DNA of 50,106 nucleotides from Myxococcales bacterium (GCA_045863395.1 BTVJ01000054.1:1-50106); one strand, 5' to 3'; shown: positions 28,141 through 38,992, counted from the stretch's first letter. A program made the numbers and translations. Notes: generated from the sequence alone by a model not told the origin.

Positions 28141-31100
28141 GTGAAGCGATTCCGACCCCACTTGGCGCTCCTGAGCGCCTTCGCAGCGGCTGCCGCGTGC
28201 ACCGACGCCGGCATCACCCAGGGAACGGGTGCCGGGTCCGACGCGGATGCCTCGCAGGCCAGCGACGTCTCGGGTACGGGCGACGCCGGGCCCATCTGGG
28301 GGACGGACACCTCAGGCTCCGACACCACCTGGGGCGGTGGTGACGACGCGACGGACGCTGGCGAGCCCGAGGACGTGCCCGCGGCGCCGGACGGCGCGCC
28401 CGGCGTCGGGGAGTTCGGCTACGAGTGCAAGAGCAACGCGGACTGCCTGAGTGGTTACTGCGTGGAGGGGGTCAGCTCGACGGTGTGCACCAAGGGGTGC
28501 GTCGAGGACTGCCCGCAGGGGTGGGGCTGCAAGTCCGTCCAGAACACGGGCGGCGACGTGACGTTCATCTGCCTCTACAACTTCGTGAACCTGTGCCGTC
28601 CATGCGCCTCCAACGCCGACTGCGCGGCGGCGGGTGGCCTGGCCGTGGGCACCGCCGACCTGTGCCTCGACTACAGCGCCGAGGGCCGCTTCTGTGGCGC
28701 CGACTGCTCGGAGAACGCCTGCCCGCCCGGTTTCACGTGCTCGGACGTGGAGATGCAGCCCGGCAAGGTCCAGAAGCAGTGCGTCCCGGACTCGGGCATG
28801 TGTGAGTGCGAGCCCAAGTACGATGGCCACGCGACCACGTGCTTCGTGCAGAACGGCTTCGGCAAGTGCTCGGGCACGCGCTCCTGCAGCGGTGGCGCGC
28901 TCACCGAGTGCAATGCACCCATCCCGGCGACGGAGACGTGCGACGGCAAGGACAACGACTGCGATGGCCTGACGGACGAGGACGTCCCGACCCAGACGTG
29001 TGAGAAGACCAACGAGTTCGGGACGTGCGGTGGCAACGCCACCTGCAAGGCCGGCGAGATGGTCTGCAACGCGAAGGACGCCCAGATCGAGATCTGTGAC
29101 AGCGTGGACAACGACTGCGACGGCAAGGTGGACGAGGACTTCCCGGACACGGACGGTGACGGCAAGTCGGACTGCCTCGACTCCGACGACGACGGCGACG
29201 GCGTCAACGACCTGCAGGACAACTGCCCGCTGGTGCCCAACCCCGGTCAGGAGGACTACGACCTGGACGGCAAGGGAGACGCCTGCGATCCCGACGACGA
29301 CAACGACCTGGTCAAGGACGAGGACGACTGCGAGCCCTACAATCCGCTGGCCTACCCTGGAGCCCTGGAGCTGTGCGACGGCATCGACAACAACTGCAAC
29401 GGGCAGGTGGATGAGGGCTTCCAGGACCTGGACGGTGACGGCAAGAAGGACTGCGTGGACCCGGACGACGACAACGACGGCGTCCCGGATGGCCTCGACA
29501 ACTGCCCGACCATCGTCAACCCCGACCAGATCGACACGGACCTGGACGGCAAGGGCGACGAGTGCGACCCCGACGACGACAACGACACGATCCCCGACGA
29601 GCAGGACAACTGCCCGAAGACCCCAAACCTGGACCAGAAGGACAGCAATGGTGACGGGGTCGGTGATGCGTGCGCCGAGGACGCCGATGGCGACGGGGTC
29701 AAGAACATCAACGACAACTGCCCACTGGTCTGGAACCCGGACCAGTCCGACCTCGACAGCGACGGCCTGGGAGACGCCTGCGACGACGACGACGACGGCG
29801 ACGGCGTCCCCGACGCCATCGACAACTGCAAGCTGGTCAAGAACCCGGCGCAGCTCGACTTCGACAAGGACGGCCTCGGTGACGACTGCGACCCGGACGA
29901 CGACAACGATGGGGTCCCGGACGACGTCGACAACTGCAAGCTGGTCCCCAACCCGGACCAGGTGGACACCGACGGCGATGGGCAGGGCAACGCGTGTGAC
30001 CTGGACGACGACGGCGATGGGTCGCCCGACACCGTCGACTGCATGCCGCTGGACCCGAGCATCCACCCGAACGCCCCGGAGATCTGCAACGAGGTGGACG
30101 ACAACTGCAACGGCAAGATCGACGAGGAGGGGTCGGAGGCGTGCAGCAAGTACTACTTCGATGGTGACGGCGACGGCTGGGGGACCGCTGAGAACAAGTG
30201 CCTCTGCAACGGCTCGGGCAAGTTCACGGCGCTGAACACCGGCGACTGCAACGACACGGACACGGGGGTCAACCCGGGCCAGCCGGAGATCTGCGGGGAT
30301 GGCAAGGACCAGAACTGCAACGGCACGGAGAACGACGACAACGCGGTCGGCTGCACGCCGTACTACTTCGACGGCGACGGTGACGGCTTCGGCACGAGCG
30401 ACACCATCTGCCTCTGCACGGCGTCCGGCAAGCACACGGCCACGAAGACCGGCGACTGCAACGACGGGGACGCTGGCATCAACCCTGGCATCGTCGAAGT
30501 GTGCTTCAACGGCAAGGACGACAACTGCAACGGCGACCAGAACGACCTGAACGCAGTCGGCTGCACGCCCTACTACCAGGACGCGGACAAGGACGGCTTC
30601 GGGACCGGGACGGCCCAGTGCTTCTGCGAGCCCAAGGGCAACTTCACCGCGACCGTGGCCGGCGACTGCGTGGACGGTGACCCTGCCGTAAAGCCGACGG
30701 CCAAGGAGGTCTGCGGCAGCGGCAAGGACGACAACTGCAACGGAACGCAGAATGAAGAAGGCGCCCTCGGCTGCACCACGTATTACTACGACGGCGACAA
30801 GGACGGCTATGGCACGGCGCTCTCCAAGTGCCTCTGCGGACCCGTCGACCCGTACCTCGCGACCCAGTCGGGCGACTGCCTCGACTCCAACGGCGCGATC
30901 AACCCCGGCGCCAAGGAGGCCTGCAACAGCGTGGACGACGACTGCAGCGGCGCGCCGGACGACGCGCCCATCGCGACCCTCTGCGGGGCCCCCGCCAACG
31001 CCACCGTTGCCTGCGCCGGGTCGTGCTCCATCACGAGCTGCAAGGCGCCCTATGCCAACATGAACGGGCAGTACAACGATGGCTGCGAGTGCGCGTCGGA

Positions 31101-31566
31101 CGGCAACGACCAGGCTGGGGCCGGCAACGCCTGCGCCGCGGCCATCCACCTCGGGACCTTCGCCGACAACGGGTCGCTGAAGGTAGCCGGTGGCAACATC
31201 GTGCCGGCGGGCGACAGTGACTGGTATTCGATGCTCACGCAGGACTCGGCGGACTCGACCTGTGACAAGTTCAAGGTCCGCGCGCGGTTCACGTACAACC
31301 CGGGCAACCAGTTCGCCTTCGACGTGTACCGGGGTGGCTGCGCCGGCGGCAACGCCATCTGCGCGGCCAGCACCGACTTCGACTGGTACACGAACTTCTC
31401 CGCGGGCGGGAAGGGCGAGTGCCCCTGTGCGCCGGATCCCGGCACAACCAACACCAACGTCTGCACCGACAACAGCGCCTGGTTCTACATCCGCGTGTTC
31501 CGCAAGGACAACGCGCCCTTGTCCTGCGACAACTACGAGATCGAGGTCACCAACGCGGTCTACTGA
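28141..31566 (+). CDS. Cys-rich lipoprotein with thrombospondin type-3 Ca-binding repeats and MopE-like putative metal-binding repeats (1141 aa)
   Basis: GGAGGA RBS, GTG 28141, lipobox FAAAAA-C. DxDGDGxxDxxDNCPxxxNPxQxD repeats at ~29140-30030. ExCDGxDNDCDG motifs. Four ~70-aa YYxDGDxDGxGT repeats (210-bp period) at ~30150-30960. Confidence 0.9.
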   Translation: MKRFRPHLALLSAFAAAAACTDAGITQGTGAGSDADASQASDVSGTGDAGPIWGTDTSGSDTTWGGGDDATDAGEPEDVPAAPDGAPGVGEFGYECKSNADCLSGYCVEGVSSTVCTKGCVEDCPQGWGCKSVQNTGGDVTFICLYNFVNLCRPCASNADCAAAGGLAVGTADLCLDYSAEGRFCGADCSENACPPGFTCSDVEMQPGKVQKQCVPDSGMCECEPKYDGHATTCFVQNGFGKCSGTRSCSGGALTECNAPIPATETCDGKDNDCDGLTDEDVPTQTCEKTNEFGTCGGNATCKAGEMVCNAKDAQIEICDSVDNDCDGKVDEDFPDTDGDGKSDCLDSDDDGDGVNDLQDNCPLVPNPGQEDYDLDGKGDACDPDDDNDLVKDEDDCEPYNPLAYPGALELCDGIDNNCNGQVDEGFQDLDGDGKKDCVDPDDDNDGVPDGLDNCPTIVNPDQIDTDLDGKGDECDPDDDNDTIPDEQDNCPKTPNLDQKDSNGDGVGDACAEDADGDGVKNINDNCPLVWNPDQSDLDSDGLGDACDDDDDGDGVPDAIDNCKLVKNPAQLDFDKDGLGDDCDPDDDNDGVPDDVDNCKLVPNPDQVDTDGDGQGNACDLDDDGDGSPDTVDCMPLDPSIHPNAPEICNEVDDNCNGKIDEEGSEACSKYYFDGDGDGWGTAENKCLCNGSGKFTALNTGDCNDTDTGVNPGQPEICGDGKDQNCNGTENDDNAVGCTPYYFDGDGDGFGTSDTICLCTASGKHTATKTGDCNDGDAGINPGIVEVCFNGKDDNCNGDQNDLNAVGCTPYYQDADKDGFGTGTAQCFCEPKGNFTATVAGDCVDGDPAVKPTAKEVCGSGKDDNCNGTQNEEGALGCTTYYYDGDKDGYGTALSKCLCGPVDPYLATQSGDCLDSNGAINPGAKEACNSVDDDCSGAPDDAPIATLCGAPANATVACAGSCSITSCKAPYANMNGQYNDGCECASDGNDQAGAGNACAAAIHLGTFADNGSLKVAGGNIVPAGDSDWYSMLTQDSADSTCDKFKVRARFTYNPGNQFAFDVYRGGCAGGNAICAASTDFDWYTNFSAGGKGECPCAPDPGTTNTNVCTDNSAWFYIRVFRKDNAPLSCDNYEIEVTNAVY

Positions 31567-31754
31567 GCGGTCCACTGATCTGCGGACCTGCCAGGGTATC
31601 TCTCCGCATCAGATTTGGCGTTGATTCGCCCTCCAGGGGCGCGATAAGCTCCGCCGGCTCCGGACCATGGACCCGCGCGGGCTGATCGACGCGAACAAGA
31701 AGATCCGGGTCTCGATGATCCCGGGGCCATGACCTGGCCCCCGGGCGGTGTTCC

Positions 31755-33176
31755 ATGCTTTTCAACAGCCTCGACTACGTGCTGTTCATGCTGCTCGCCG
31801 TGACCCTGTACTGGGTGCTGGCGCGCGCGGATCGGCTGCGCCTCGTGCTGCTGTTCCTGGCCTCCTGCCGCTTCTACATGGTGTGGAACGCCACCTACAT
31901 CGTCCTGATCCTGGGCTCCACGCTGCTCGACTTCCTGTGCGGCCTGGCCATCCAGGGAGCTTCGACGCCAAGACGGCGCAAGCTGTGGCTGGCGCTCAGC
32001 CTGGCGGGCAACCTCGGGCTCCTCGGCACGTTCAAGTACTACAACTTCTTCGCGGAGGCCTTTCAGCAGACCCTCGGCCTCGTGGGTGTGGACGTGAGCC
32101 TGCACACCCTCAATGTCCTGCTGCCAGTGGGAATCTCGTTCTACACCTTCCAGACCATGAGCTACACCATCGACGTCTACCGCAGGCAGATAGAGCCCAC
32201 CCGCAACCTGCTGCACTTCGCGGTGTTCGTCTCCTACTTCCCGCAGCTCGTTGCGGGCCCCATCGTGCGGGCGCGGGACTTCCTGCCCCAGCTCCTGAAG
32301 CGGCCCGTGGCCGACGCGGACCGGTTCAGCGAGGGCTTGTTCCTGATCCTCTGCGGGCTGGTCAAGAAGGTGGCCATCGCGGACTACGTGGCCGTAAACC
32401 TCGTGGATCGCGTCTTCGACAACCCGAGCGCGTTCACCTCCGTGGAGGTCTTGGTCGCGTTATACGGCTATACGCTGCAGATCTACTGCGATTTCTCGGG
32501 GTACACGGACGTCGCCCGGGGGACCGCCAAGCTCATGGGCCTCGAGCTGCCGGAGAACTTCAACCGCCCGTACATGGCGACCAATGTGGCCGACTTCTGG
32601 CGCCGCTGGCACATGACGCTGTCCACCTGGCTCCGCGACTACCTCTACTACCCGCTCGGCGGCTCCAAGGCCGGTCCGGTGCGTGCCTACGTGAACCTGT
32701 GGTTGACCATGTTCCTCATCGGGGTCTGGCACGGCGCGGGCTGGACCTTTGTCTTCTACGGCGTCGTGCAGGCGACCGCCATGGTCATCCATCGCCTGTC
32801 GGTGCGCCTCACCGGGCGCAAGGCGTCGGACGTGGACACCACGACGGTCCGCATCCTCAAGATTGCGATCACGTTCCACTTCGTGGTGCTCTCGCGCATC
32901 CTCTTCCGAGGATCCAGCCTCGACAACGCCGGCGATGTCGCATCCCAGCTCTTCGCCGGGGGGACGTCCGTCGCGCAGGTCTCAGCGTCTGTCTGGGTGG
33001 TGCTCGCGCTCGGGTTCCTGGCGCACTGGACCCCGCCGCGGCTGGTCCAAGGGTTGCGCCGCGCGTTCCAGTGGGCTCCGGCGCCGCTGCAGGGAGCCGC
33101 GATGGCTGGGGTGGGCGCCGTGCTGATGCTCGTCGCCACCAGCGACGTGGTCCCGTACATCTACTTCCAGTTCTGA
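31755..33176 (+). CDS. MBOAT-family O-acyltransferase (AlgI/PatA-like, 473 aa)
   Basis: MLFNS, FKYYNFF, LPVGISFYTFQTMSY, FPQLVAGPIVR, QIYCDFSGYTD, ENFNRPY, FWRRWHMTLS, GVWHGA, YIYFQF. Confidence 0.95.
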   Translation: MLFNSLDYVLFMLLAVTLYWVLARADRLRLVLLFLASCRFYMVWNATYIVLILGSTLLDFLCGLAIQGASTPRRRKLWLALSLAGNLGLLGTFKYYNFFAEAFQQTLGLVGVDVSLHTLNVLLPVGISFYTFQTMSYTIDVYRRQIEPTRNLLHFAVFVSYFPQLVAGPIVRARDFLPQLLKRPVADADRFSEGLFLILCGLVKKVAIADYVAVNLVDRVFDNPSAFTSVEVLVALYGYTLQIYCDFSGYTDVARGTAKLMGLELPENFNRPYMATNVADFWRRWHMTLSTWLRDYLYYPLGGSKAGPVRAYVNLWLTMFLIGVWHGAGWTFVFYGVVQATAMVIHRLSVRLTGRKASDVDTTTVRILKIAITFHFVVLSRILFRGSSLDNAGDVASQLFAGGTSVAQVSASVWVVLALGFLAHWTPPRLVQGLRRAFQWAPAPLQGAAMAGVGAVLMLVATSDVVPYIYFQF

Positions 33177-33187
33177 GAGACGAAGCG

Positions 33188-34957
33188 ATGACGCAGCAAG
33201 CGCCCCTCGACACTGCATCGGAGACGGACCGCTTCCAGCCCGTGGAAGTGGCTCCGCCGAGCCCGCGGATCGTCGAGGCGCAGACGCCCCCAGGCGACAG
33301 CGGCCTGGAGGCCCCCGAGGGCTCGGTCGGCATGCCGATTACGGGCGCCCGTGCCCTGGTACGGCTCTACGCGGCCGTCGCCGTGTGTGCGCTCCTGGCG
33401 GGCGCCACCTACCTCGTGCCGAACCTCGCGACGTACAGACCCTGGATCCCTGGCGAGCCTGCGCCCCTCGCTGCCGTGTTCTCCCTCGACCTGGAGGGCG
33501 CGAGCGCGCTGGTCAGCCCCTCCATTGCTGCCCCGGCCCAGCAGTACGCGTCTGCGGCGCAGGCACGGGAGCTGGTGGCGGCGGACCTGGGGGAGGCCGT
33601 CGCTGCCAACCTGGGCGAAGAGGCGGGCGTTGCCTATGAGGATGTGCCGCAGCCCGAGGAGGCGCAGGCAGAGCAGGCGGGAAACGAGATCGCCGTCGTC
33701 GGAGAGGCCCAGGGCGATGTCGCGGGTCAGGAGACGCCGCCCGTTGCGCCCATGGGGGCTGCGCACCCCAAGCCGCGCGCCGTGTCCGTGACTCCGAGGG
33801 AGATCGAGGGTCTCGCCAAGGAGCTGGAGGACCCATCGGGGAGGGCGATGGACGCGTTCTACGCATCGCTCCTGGACACCGCCGAGCACAAGGAGGGTGC
33901 CCTCACGAGGATCTCTCACTGGGGCGACTCCACCATCGCGGCAGACGGCATCACGAGCACCCTGCGGCGGCGCATGCAGCGGCGCTTCGGCGACGGCGGG
34001 CACGGGTTCGTCCTCATCGCGCGCAGCTACATGCCCTACCGACACAGCGACATCGTCCACAAGGAGAACGACGGCTGGAAGATCTACCCGGTCCTCAACG
34101 ACGGCCTCCGCTCGGGGGCCTACGGCTTCGGTGGCGTTGCGTTCCAGTCCCACGGCGGCGCCTGGTCGAGCTTCGGGACCGTGGCCAAGGGGACAATCGG
34201 CACGGCGGTCTCTCGCTTCGAGCTCTTCTACCAGGGGCACCCGGGGGGCGGGGACCTCCAGTGGTGGGTCGACGACGACCCCAAGGAGGTCCTGTCCACC
34301 AAGGCGCCGGAGACGGTGGACATGTGGAAGGTCATCGAGGTGCCGGACGGACCCCACGCTCTGTCAATCCGGGCCGCGGGGCGGGGCCAGGTCCGGCTGT
34401 ACGGCATGGTGCTGGAGCGCGAGGGACCCGGCGTCGTCTACGACTCCCTCGGCATCGTCGGCGCCCGCGCGGCCAGGCTGCTCAACGCGGACGCGGACCA
34501 CATGGCCGGGCAGGTCCGCCACCGGGACCCGGACCTCATCGTCCTCGCGTTCGGCGGCAACGAGGCGGTGGATCGGCGCATGAGCATCACATGGTATGAG
34601 GGCAAGCTCGCCGAGGTCATCCGCACCATGCGCGCCGGCAAGCCCGAGGCGTCCTGCCTGATCATGGCGCCTCTCGATCAGGGGGAGCGGGACGAGCGCG
34701 GCAACGTGCGCACCATCCCCATCGTCCCGAAGATCGTGGAGGCGCAGCGGCGCATCGCGGCCCAGGAGGGCTGCGCCTTCTTCGACACCTTCGAGGCCAT
34801 GGGAGGTCGCGGAGCGATGCTTCGGTGGTTCCGGTCCAAGCCGCGCCTGGGCTGGGGCGACTTCGTGCACGCGACCCCGGCGGGCTACGAGGTCATCGGC
34901 AACATGCTCTACAAGGCGCTGCTCAAGGGCTTCGCCGACTACATCGAGCGCCGGTAG
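33188..34957 (+). CDS. Membrane-anchored SGNH/GDSL family protein, PatB/Ape-like O-acetyltransferase or esterase (589 aa)
   Basis: ATG 11 nt after the MBOAT stop. One TM. Blocks WGDS, GIVGAR, FGGNE, DFVH. Confidence 0.88.
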   Translation: MTQQAPLDTASETDRFQPVEVAPPSPRIVEAQTPPGDSGLEAPEGSVGMPITGARALVRLYAAVAVCALLAGATYLVPNLATYRPWIPGEPAPLAAVFSLDLEGASALVSPSIAAPAQQYASAAQARELVAADLGEAVAANLGEEAGVAYEDVPQPEEAQAEQAGNEIAVVGEAQGDVAGQETPPVAPMGAAHPKPRAVSVTPREIEGLAKELEDPSGRAMDAFYASLLDTAEHKEGALTRISHWGDSTIAADGITSTLRRRMQRRFGDGGHGFVLIARSYMPYRHSDIVHKENDGWKIYPVLNDGLRSGAYGFGGVAFQSHGGAWSSFGTVAKGTIGTAVSRFELFYQGHPGGGDLQWWVDDDPKEVLSTKAPETVDMWKVIEVPDGPHALSIRAAGRGQVRLYGMVLEREGPGVVYDSLGIVGARAARLLNADADHMAGQVRHRDPDLIVLAFGGNEAVDRRMSITWYEGKLAEVIRTMRAGKPEASCLIMAPLDQGERDERGNVRTIPIVPKIVEAQRRIAAQEGCAFFDTFEAMGGRGAMLRWFRSKPRLGWGDFVHATPAGYEVIGNMLYKALLKGFADYIERR

Positions 34958-34959
34958 GG

Positions 34960-36252
34960 TTATAGCCCGGACCCGTCCAGGAGCGCCGCCGTCAACACCT
35001 GACCGAGCCGCTCGTAGCCGAGGCGGGTGAAGTGGACATGGTCGGACTGCGCCAGGGGTGGCTTGGCAGCGACCCAGTCGAGCATGGACATCTCCCCTCC
35101 CTGGAAGGCGACCAGGTCGAAGAAGCCGCACCCGGCCTCGGCCGCAACTCGGCGCTGAGCGGCGATCAGCGCGCCAGTCCGCGGACGAGGGCCCCACGAG
35201 CGCCGTCCGACCTTCTGCGGCCGGTCCGATGGCCCGATCAGCAGACAGGAGGCCGTCGGCGCCGCGGCCTTCACCTGGGCGACCACGGTGCGGAGTCTCA
35301 GCTCGTAGGCAAAGATGGGGTCGCGAGCATCCCCCGACTCGTTGGTCCCGTACGCGAGCACGATCAGGTCCGGGTCTCTGCGCTGCAGGTGCTCGCGGAA
35401 CAGCTCCTGGTCCCACTGGAGGTGGATGGCTGCGCGCGCGCCATTGATGCCGAGCGTGTCCACGATGACCCCCGGGGCCAGGCGATCCATGGTGACACCG
35501 AACAGCCGCACCTCGCCGTCGCCCCGCGGGCGGAGCTCGACGCTGTGGGGCCCGTCCTCCACGTCGAAGGTAGCGTAGCCGGTCTCGAAGACGATGGACG
35601 CCGAGTCGATGCGGCGCACGAGCTGGCCGTCGAGGTGGACGTCGAGCTGCCCCCCGCCAGGCTGGCGCAGATACCACAGCTCGATTCGTCCGACGCTCCG
35701 CCCATGCTCGCTGTCGACCGTGGTCGCCACCAGCGCGTAGTCCTGGTCGGACGTGGACGCCACACTCATCCCCGCCAATCCGTACCACCCGTCTCTGCGG
35801 TCGTCCTTCTTTCCGACGCGATCCGTGTGCCAGGTGTCGGTGCTGTCCAGGTTGATGTCCGCGTGCCGGTAGCCGTACCACGGGCGGGCGGGCATGACGA
35901 AGCCGTGGCCCGCGTCACCGAAACGGCTCTGCAAGATGCGGCGCACCGTCCCCGTGAAGGTGTCCCCCGCCACGTGGGAGGCGCCATAGAACAGGACCCG
36001 TGCCTGGCCCTCCCCGCGGCCCGCGCGGCGGAGCGCCCCGTGGAACCGCGCCAGTGCCTGGCCGCTTGGGTCCTCGATCCCGATGGCGACCCCGGGGCCC
36101 GGCGGAAGGTCCAGAGCTCGTGGCGGAGCGGGGAGGGCGCCCCCTGAGCCGGGCCCGCCCTGCGAGGGCGTCGCCTGGGCCTGAGCGGTCGGCTCCCACG
36201 CGAGGAGGAGCAGCGCTGCGAGGGTAGGGATGCGCCAGTGGCGGCCAGACAT
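34960..36252 (-). CDS. Secreted SGNH/GDSL family protein, paralogue of the convergent gene (430 aa)
   Basis: Signal peptide ending AQA-Q. Blocks YGASH, GINGAR, YGTNE, DHVH. Shares EDPSG.A...F and RFGD.GHGFV with the neighbour. Confidence 0.87.
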   Translation of the reverse strand: MSGRHWRIPTLAALLLLAWEPTAQAQATPSQGGPGSGGALPAPPRALDLPPGPGVAIGIEDPSGQALARFHGALRRAGRGEGQARVLFYGASHVAGDTFTGTVRRILQSRFGDAGHGFVMPARPWYGYRHADINLDSTDTWHTDRVGKKDDRRDGWYGLAGMSVASTSDQDYALVATTVDSEHGRSVGRIELWYLRQPGGGQLDVHLDGQLVRRIDSASIVFETGYATFDVEDGPHSVELRPRGDGEVRLFGVTMDRLAPGVIVDTLGINGARAAIHLQWDQELFREHLQRRDPDLIVLAYGTNESGDARDPIFAYELRLRTVVAQVKAAAPTASCLLIGPSDRPQKVGRRSWGPRPRTGALIAAQRRVAAEAGCGFFDLVAFQGGEMSMLDWVAAKPPLAQSDHVHFTRLGYERLGQVLTAALLDGSGL

Positions 36253-36259
36253 GCCGGAC

Positions 36260-36288
36260 ACTTTGGCAAACGGATGGTTTCGGGTCAA
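36260..36288 (-). promoter_or_regulatory. Putative promoter giving a leaderless mRNA for the second SGNH gene
   Basis: Minus strand TTGACC-17 nt-CAAAGT, then 7 nt to the ATG. No SD sequence. Confidence 0.4.
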
Positions 36289-36290
36289 AT

Positions 36291-37763
36291 CTATCTGATA
36301 TGGGAGGGATCGGGGGGCGACGGATCGGTCCAGTCCCCCACGGAGCGCAGCCACGGTCCATCCCGATCCATGCGCTCATACCGCTTCCAGGTGCGCAGGC
36401 CGGCCTCCCGGTTGCCCAAGGCGATCTGGCAGTAGCCGAGCAGGTAGGTGACGTCGGCGATGTTCGGGTGGCGCCTCTGGGTCGAGACGAAGCGCTTCAG
36501 CTCCGGCAGGACCTGCCCGCACTGTCCATCGCGGGCTGCCTTTGCCATGCGGGTGACCTCGGCGCGGGGCACCCGGGGGGACGGCGAGCCGTCGGCAGGG
36601 CTCATCTCCACGCGGGTGTCGCCGACTCCCGTGACGATGGCCACCTCGGGAGCGGGGGCCGCGATTCCCTGCTCGGGAGGGGGGGGCGCTCCCGAGAGAG
36701 GGTCCGTCGCATGTGAGCGCTGGGCGACCGCCGGCCTCGAGCGCCCCTTGTCGGTGCCACCCTTGCGTGCAGCCACGCCCGACGGTGGAGTGTCCTCGTC
36801 CTCCCGGTCCGCGTGGTGCTCGGCGTCGGGTCGCTGCGCCGCGGTCCCCGCCAGCCCGGTCGCTGGTCCCACGCCCGGGTCACCCGCCCCCGTGGGGAGG
36901 GCGCCAGTTGGGCCGTCGGCGACCGCCTCTGGGGCGGTGGTGTCGACACCATCGCGCGGTGGGCCCGCGGGCGTCGCCTCAGGCTCCGCGGCGGCCACCC
37001 TCTGGGCACCTGTCGGGGCGGCGCCAGCCGCGCTCCCCTGTGCCGTCTCGGGCGGCGTCGCCTGCGCGCGGGTCGCGACCATCTGCTGCGCGCCGGCACG
37101 GAGCACGGCGACCACCCCGGCGGCGTCCGTGACCTGGATCACCCCTCGGCTCACGGACACCAGGGCCCCCTCTGCGGCGACTCGCACCGAGAACCGGGTG
37201 CCGAGGACGCGGATCTCGGCGTCGCCCACTTGCACCACGAAGGCCCTCCGCTCTGCTCGCTTCGACACATCCGCCGTCAGCTCCCCTTCGATGAGCCTGA
37301 CCACCACCGCGTCGCGGGCATTGGCGACCACCTGCATCCGGGCTGTCGATGGGGCGGTCAGCGTGCTGCCATCCGCCAGGACCTCGTGGGTGGGCGCCCC
37401 CTCGGCGCTGACCGCCGCCCCCGCGGGCGAGTCGGCATTGGGGCTGCCCACTTGATGCACCGCCCGCGGCCAGAGGATCATGGCCAGAATTGCGGCCAGC
37501 GCCCCAGCAGGGACGAGCCACCACAAGGGGCTGGTGGCGGGCCTGGTCGTCGCCGCCCGAAGGCCCGCATCGACACGGCGCCAGTCGACGGCGGGGACGT
37601 CCGAACGCGCGGCCGCTGCCAGAGATCGAACCGCGCGTGCATGGCCTGCGTGCGCCTGGCAGGACGGGCAGGCGTCCAGGTGTCGCTCCCATCGCGCCCT
37701 CTCCTGAGGGTCCAGCTCGTCGCGCGCGTCGCGGAAAGCCAGGTCGAGGCCAAGCTCACACAT
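36291..37763 (-). CDS. Transmembrane anti-sigma factor: zf-HC2 finger, TM, FecR-like domain, low-complexity linker, C-terminal TPR-like domain (490 aa)
   Basis: HLDACPSC. TM LWWLVPAGALAAILAMILWP. FecR LADGS...L.EG...IRVLGTRFSV...VSVSRGVIQV. Overlaps the sigma gene stop. Confidence 0.87.
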   Translation of the reverse strand: MCELGLDLAFRDARDELDPQERARWERHLDACPSCQAHAGHARAVRSLAAAARSDVPAVDWRRVDAGLRAATTRPATSPLWWLVPAGALAAILAMILWPRAVHQVGSPNADSPAGAAVSAEGAPTHEVLADGSTLTAPSTARMQVVANARDAVVVRLIEGELTADVSKRAERRAFVVQVGDAEIRVLGTRFSVRVAAEGALVSVSRGVIQVTDAAGVVAVLRAGAQQMVATRAQATPPETAQGSAAGAAPTGAQRVAAAEPEATPAGPPRDGVDTTAPEAVADGPTGALPTGAGDPGVGPATGLAGTAAQRPDAEHHADREDEDTPPSGVAARKGGTDKGRSRPAVAQRSHATDPLSGAPPPPEQGIAAPAPEVAIVTGVGDTRVEMSPADGSPSPRVPRAEVTRMAKAARDGQCGQVLPELKRFVSTQRRHPNIADVTYLLGYCQIALGNREAGLRTWKRYERMDRDGPWLRSVGDWTDPSPPDPSHIR

Positions 37764-38436
37764 CGAGCACTCCCTCCTTCGCGAGCCGCTGCGTCACCTC
37801 CGCGCGCGCGGCGATCAGCCGCGACCGGATGGTGTTGTGCGGCACGCCGAGGACGTCCGCTGCCTCTTGGGGGCTCAGCCCCTCGACCTCGACCAGGACG
37901 AACACCGCCCGCTTCTTGGGTGAGACCTTCTCCAGCGCCCGACCGAGCCGCCGCAGGGAGCTCCGGCTCTCGATCTGGTGGCGGAGGTCCTCCGGTGCGG
38001 CCACGTCCGCGTTCTCGTCCGCGGAGAAGAGCCGCAGCCACCGCTTGCGCGACCGCCTGCGGACCTCCTGAAGTGCCACGTTGACCGTGATGCGGTAGAG
38101 CCACGTCGAGATCGCCGATTCGCCTCGAAACCGATCCAGCGAGCGGAAGACCTCGATGAAGACGTTCTGAACGACGTCCTCGACCTCGCCTTGGGCTCCC
38201 AGGATGTGCCAGGCCACGCCGGCGACCATCTCTCTGTACCTCGCATAGATCTGCTCGAAGCTCACGGCTTCCCGCGCAGCGGAACCCGTCAGTCGCTCGC
38301 TCGCCGCCTCTCTCGGGCCAGGCGAGTGCGCCTGAGCGCTCTCGCCGCCCGCGGTCGACTCGCAGGGAGTGAGCTTCCCGGCGGCTACGGCCTGCAACGC
38401 GTGGTCCTCCGGTCGCTTCGACCCGTCGTCAGCCAT
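37756..38436 (-). CDS. ECF RNA polymerase sigma factor (226 aa)
   Basis: Region 2 EDVVQNVFIEVFRSLDRFRGESAISTWLYRITVN. Region 4 RAVFVLVEVEGLSPQEAADVLGVPHNTIRSRL. Confidence 0.93.
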   Translation of the reverse strand: MADDGSKRPEDHALQAVAAGKLTPCESTAGGESAQAHSPGPREAASERLTGSAAREAVSFEQIYARYREMVAGVAWHILGAQGEVEDVVQNVFIEVFRSLDRFRGESAISTWLYRITVNVALQEVRRRSRKRWLRLFSADENADVAAPEDLRHQIESRSSLRRLGRALEKVSPKKRAVFVLVEVEGLSPQEAADVLGVPHNTIRSRLIAARAEVTQRLAKEGVLDV

Positions 38437-38495
38437 CTTCGTTGCCGTGCATGCCGGGATTGATCAGAGAATGTTGACGGTGCCCTGAAGCGGCC

Positions 38496-38963
38496 CTACT
38501 CGGGGCGGGGGATGGCGCCGGGCGTGCGCTGCGGCCCTCCCTCGTCCAGCTCGATCTCCAGGGTGTAGACGGAGCCGCCCGTGTCGGACTCGATCTCCAG
38601 AAAATAGCTCCCCTCACGCACCCGGATGTTGCCCCAGCTCTCCTTCCGCTGCCCGATCTGGTGCTTGAGCTTGTACATCTGCCCGCCGAACTGGTCGCGG
38701 ACCGTGATTGTGGCGACGATGTCCGGGTTGTCCCACCAGGCGTTGAGGGTCATGATGGTCTCGTAGACCGGGACCGTGAAGACCTTCCAGTCGGTGGTAT
38801 CGCCCCCCGCGCGGTCGAGGCGGTCATGCACGGGGACGCCGAGCGGCATCTTCTTGGCGCTGCCGCGCTTCTCGTCGCCGCCCGAGTTGTCGTTCGGCCC
38901 GATGCCGCAGCCGGCCGAGAGGGCGATGATTCCTGCGAGGAGCGTCACGCGTGCCGGGGCCAT
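38496..38963 (-). CDS. Lipoprotein with PPC-like beta-sandwich (155 aa)
   Basis: GGAGG RBS. Lipobox IIALSAG-C. GDTTDWKVF...GSYFLEI...YTLEI pattern. Confidence 0.75.
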   Translation of the reverse strand: MAPARVTLLAGIIALSAGCGIGPNDNSGGDEKRGSAKKMPLGVPVHDRLDRAGGDTTDWKVFTVPVYETIMTLNAWWDNPDIVATITVRDQFGGQMYKLKHQIGQRKESWGNIRVREGSYFLEIESDTGGSVYTLEIELDEGGPQRTPGAIPRPE

Positions 38964-38992
38964 CGAACCTCCGTCCAGGTGGGGACGGCTCT

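Noticed and set aside
28312..31575. 1087-aa minus-strand ORF rich in VAVVV
   Set aside because: Reverse complement of the Asp-rich GAC repeats of the TSP3 lipoprotein.
31748..33187. Apparent 1069-aa ORF extending the SGNH gene upstream
   Set aside because: The upstream part overlaps the MBOAT gene in another frame. The plausible start is ATG 33188.
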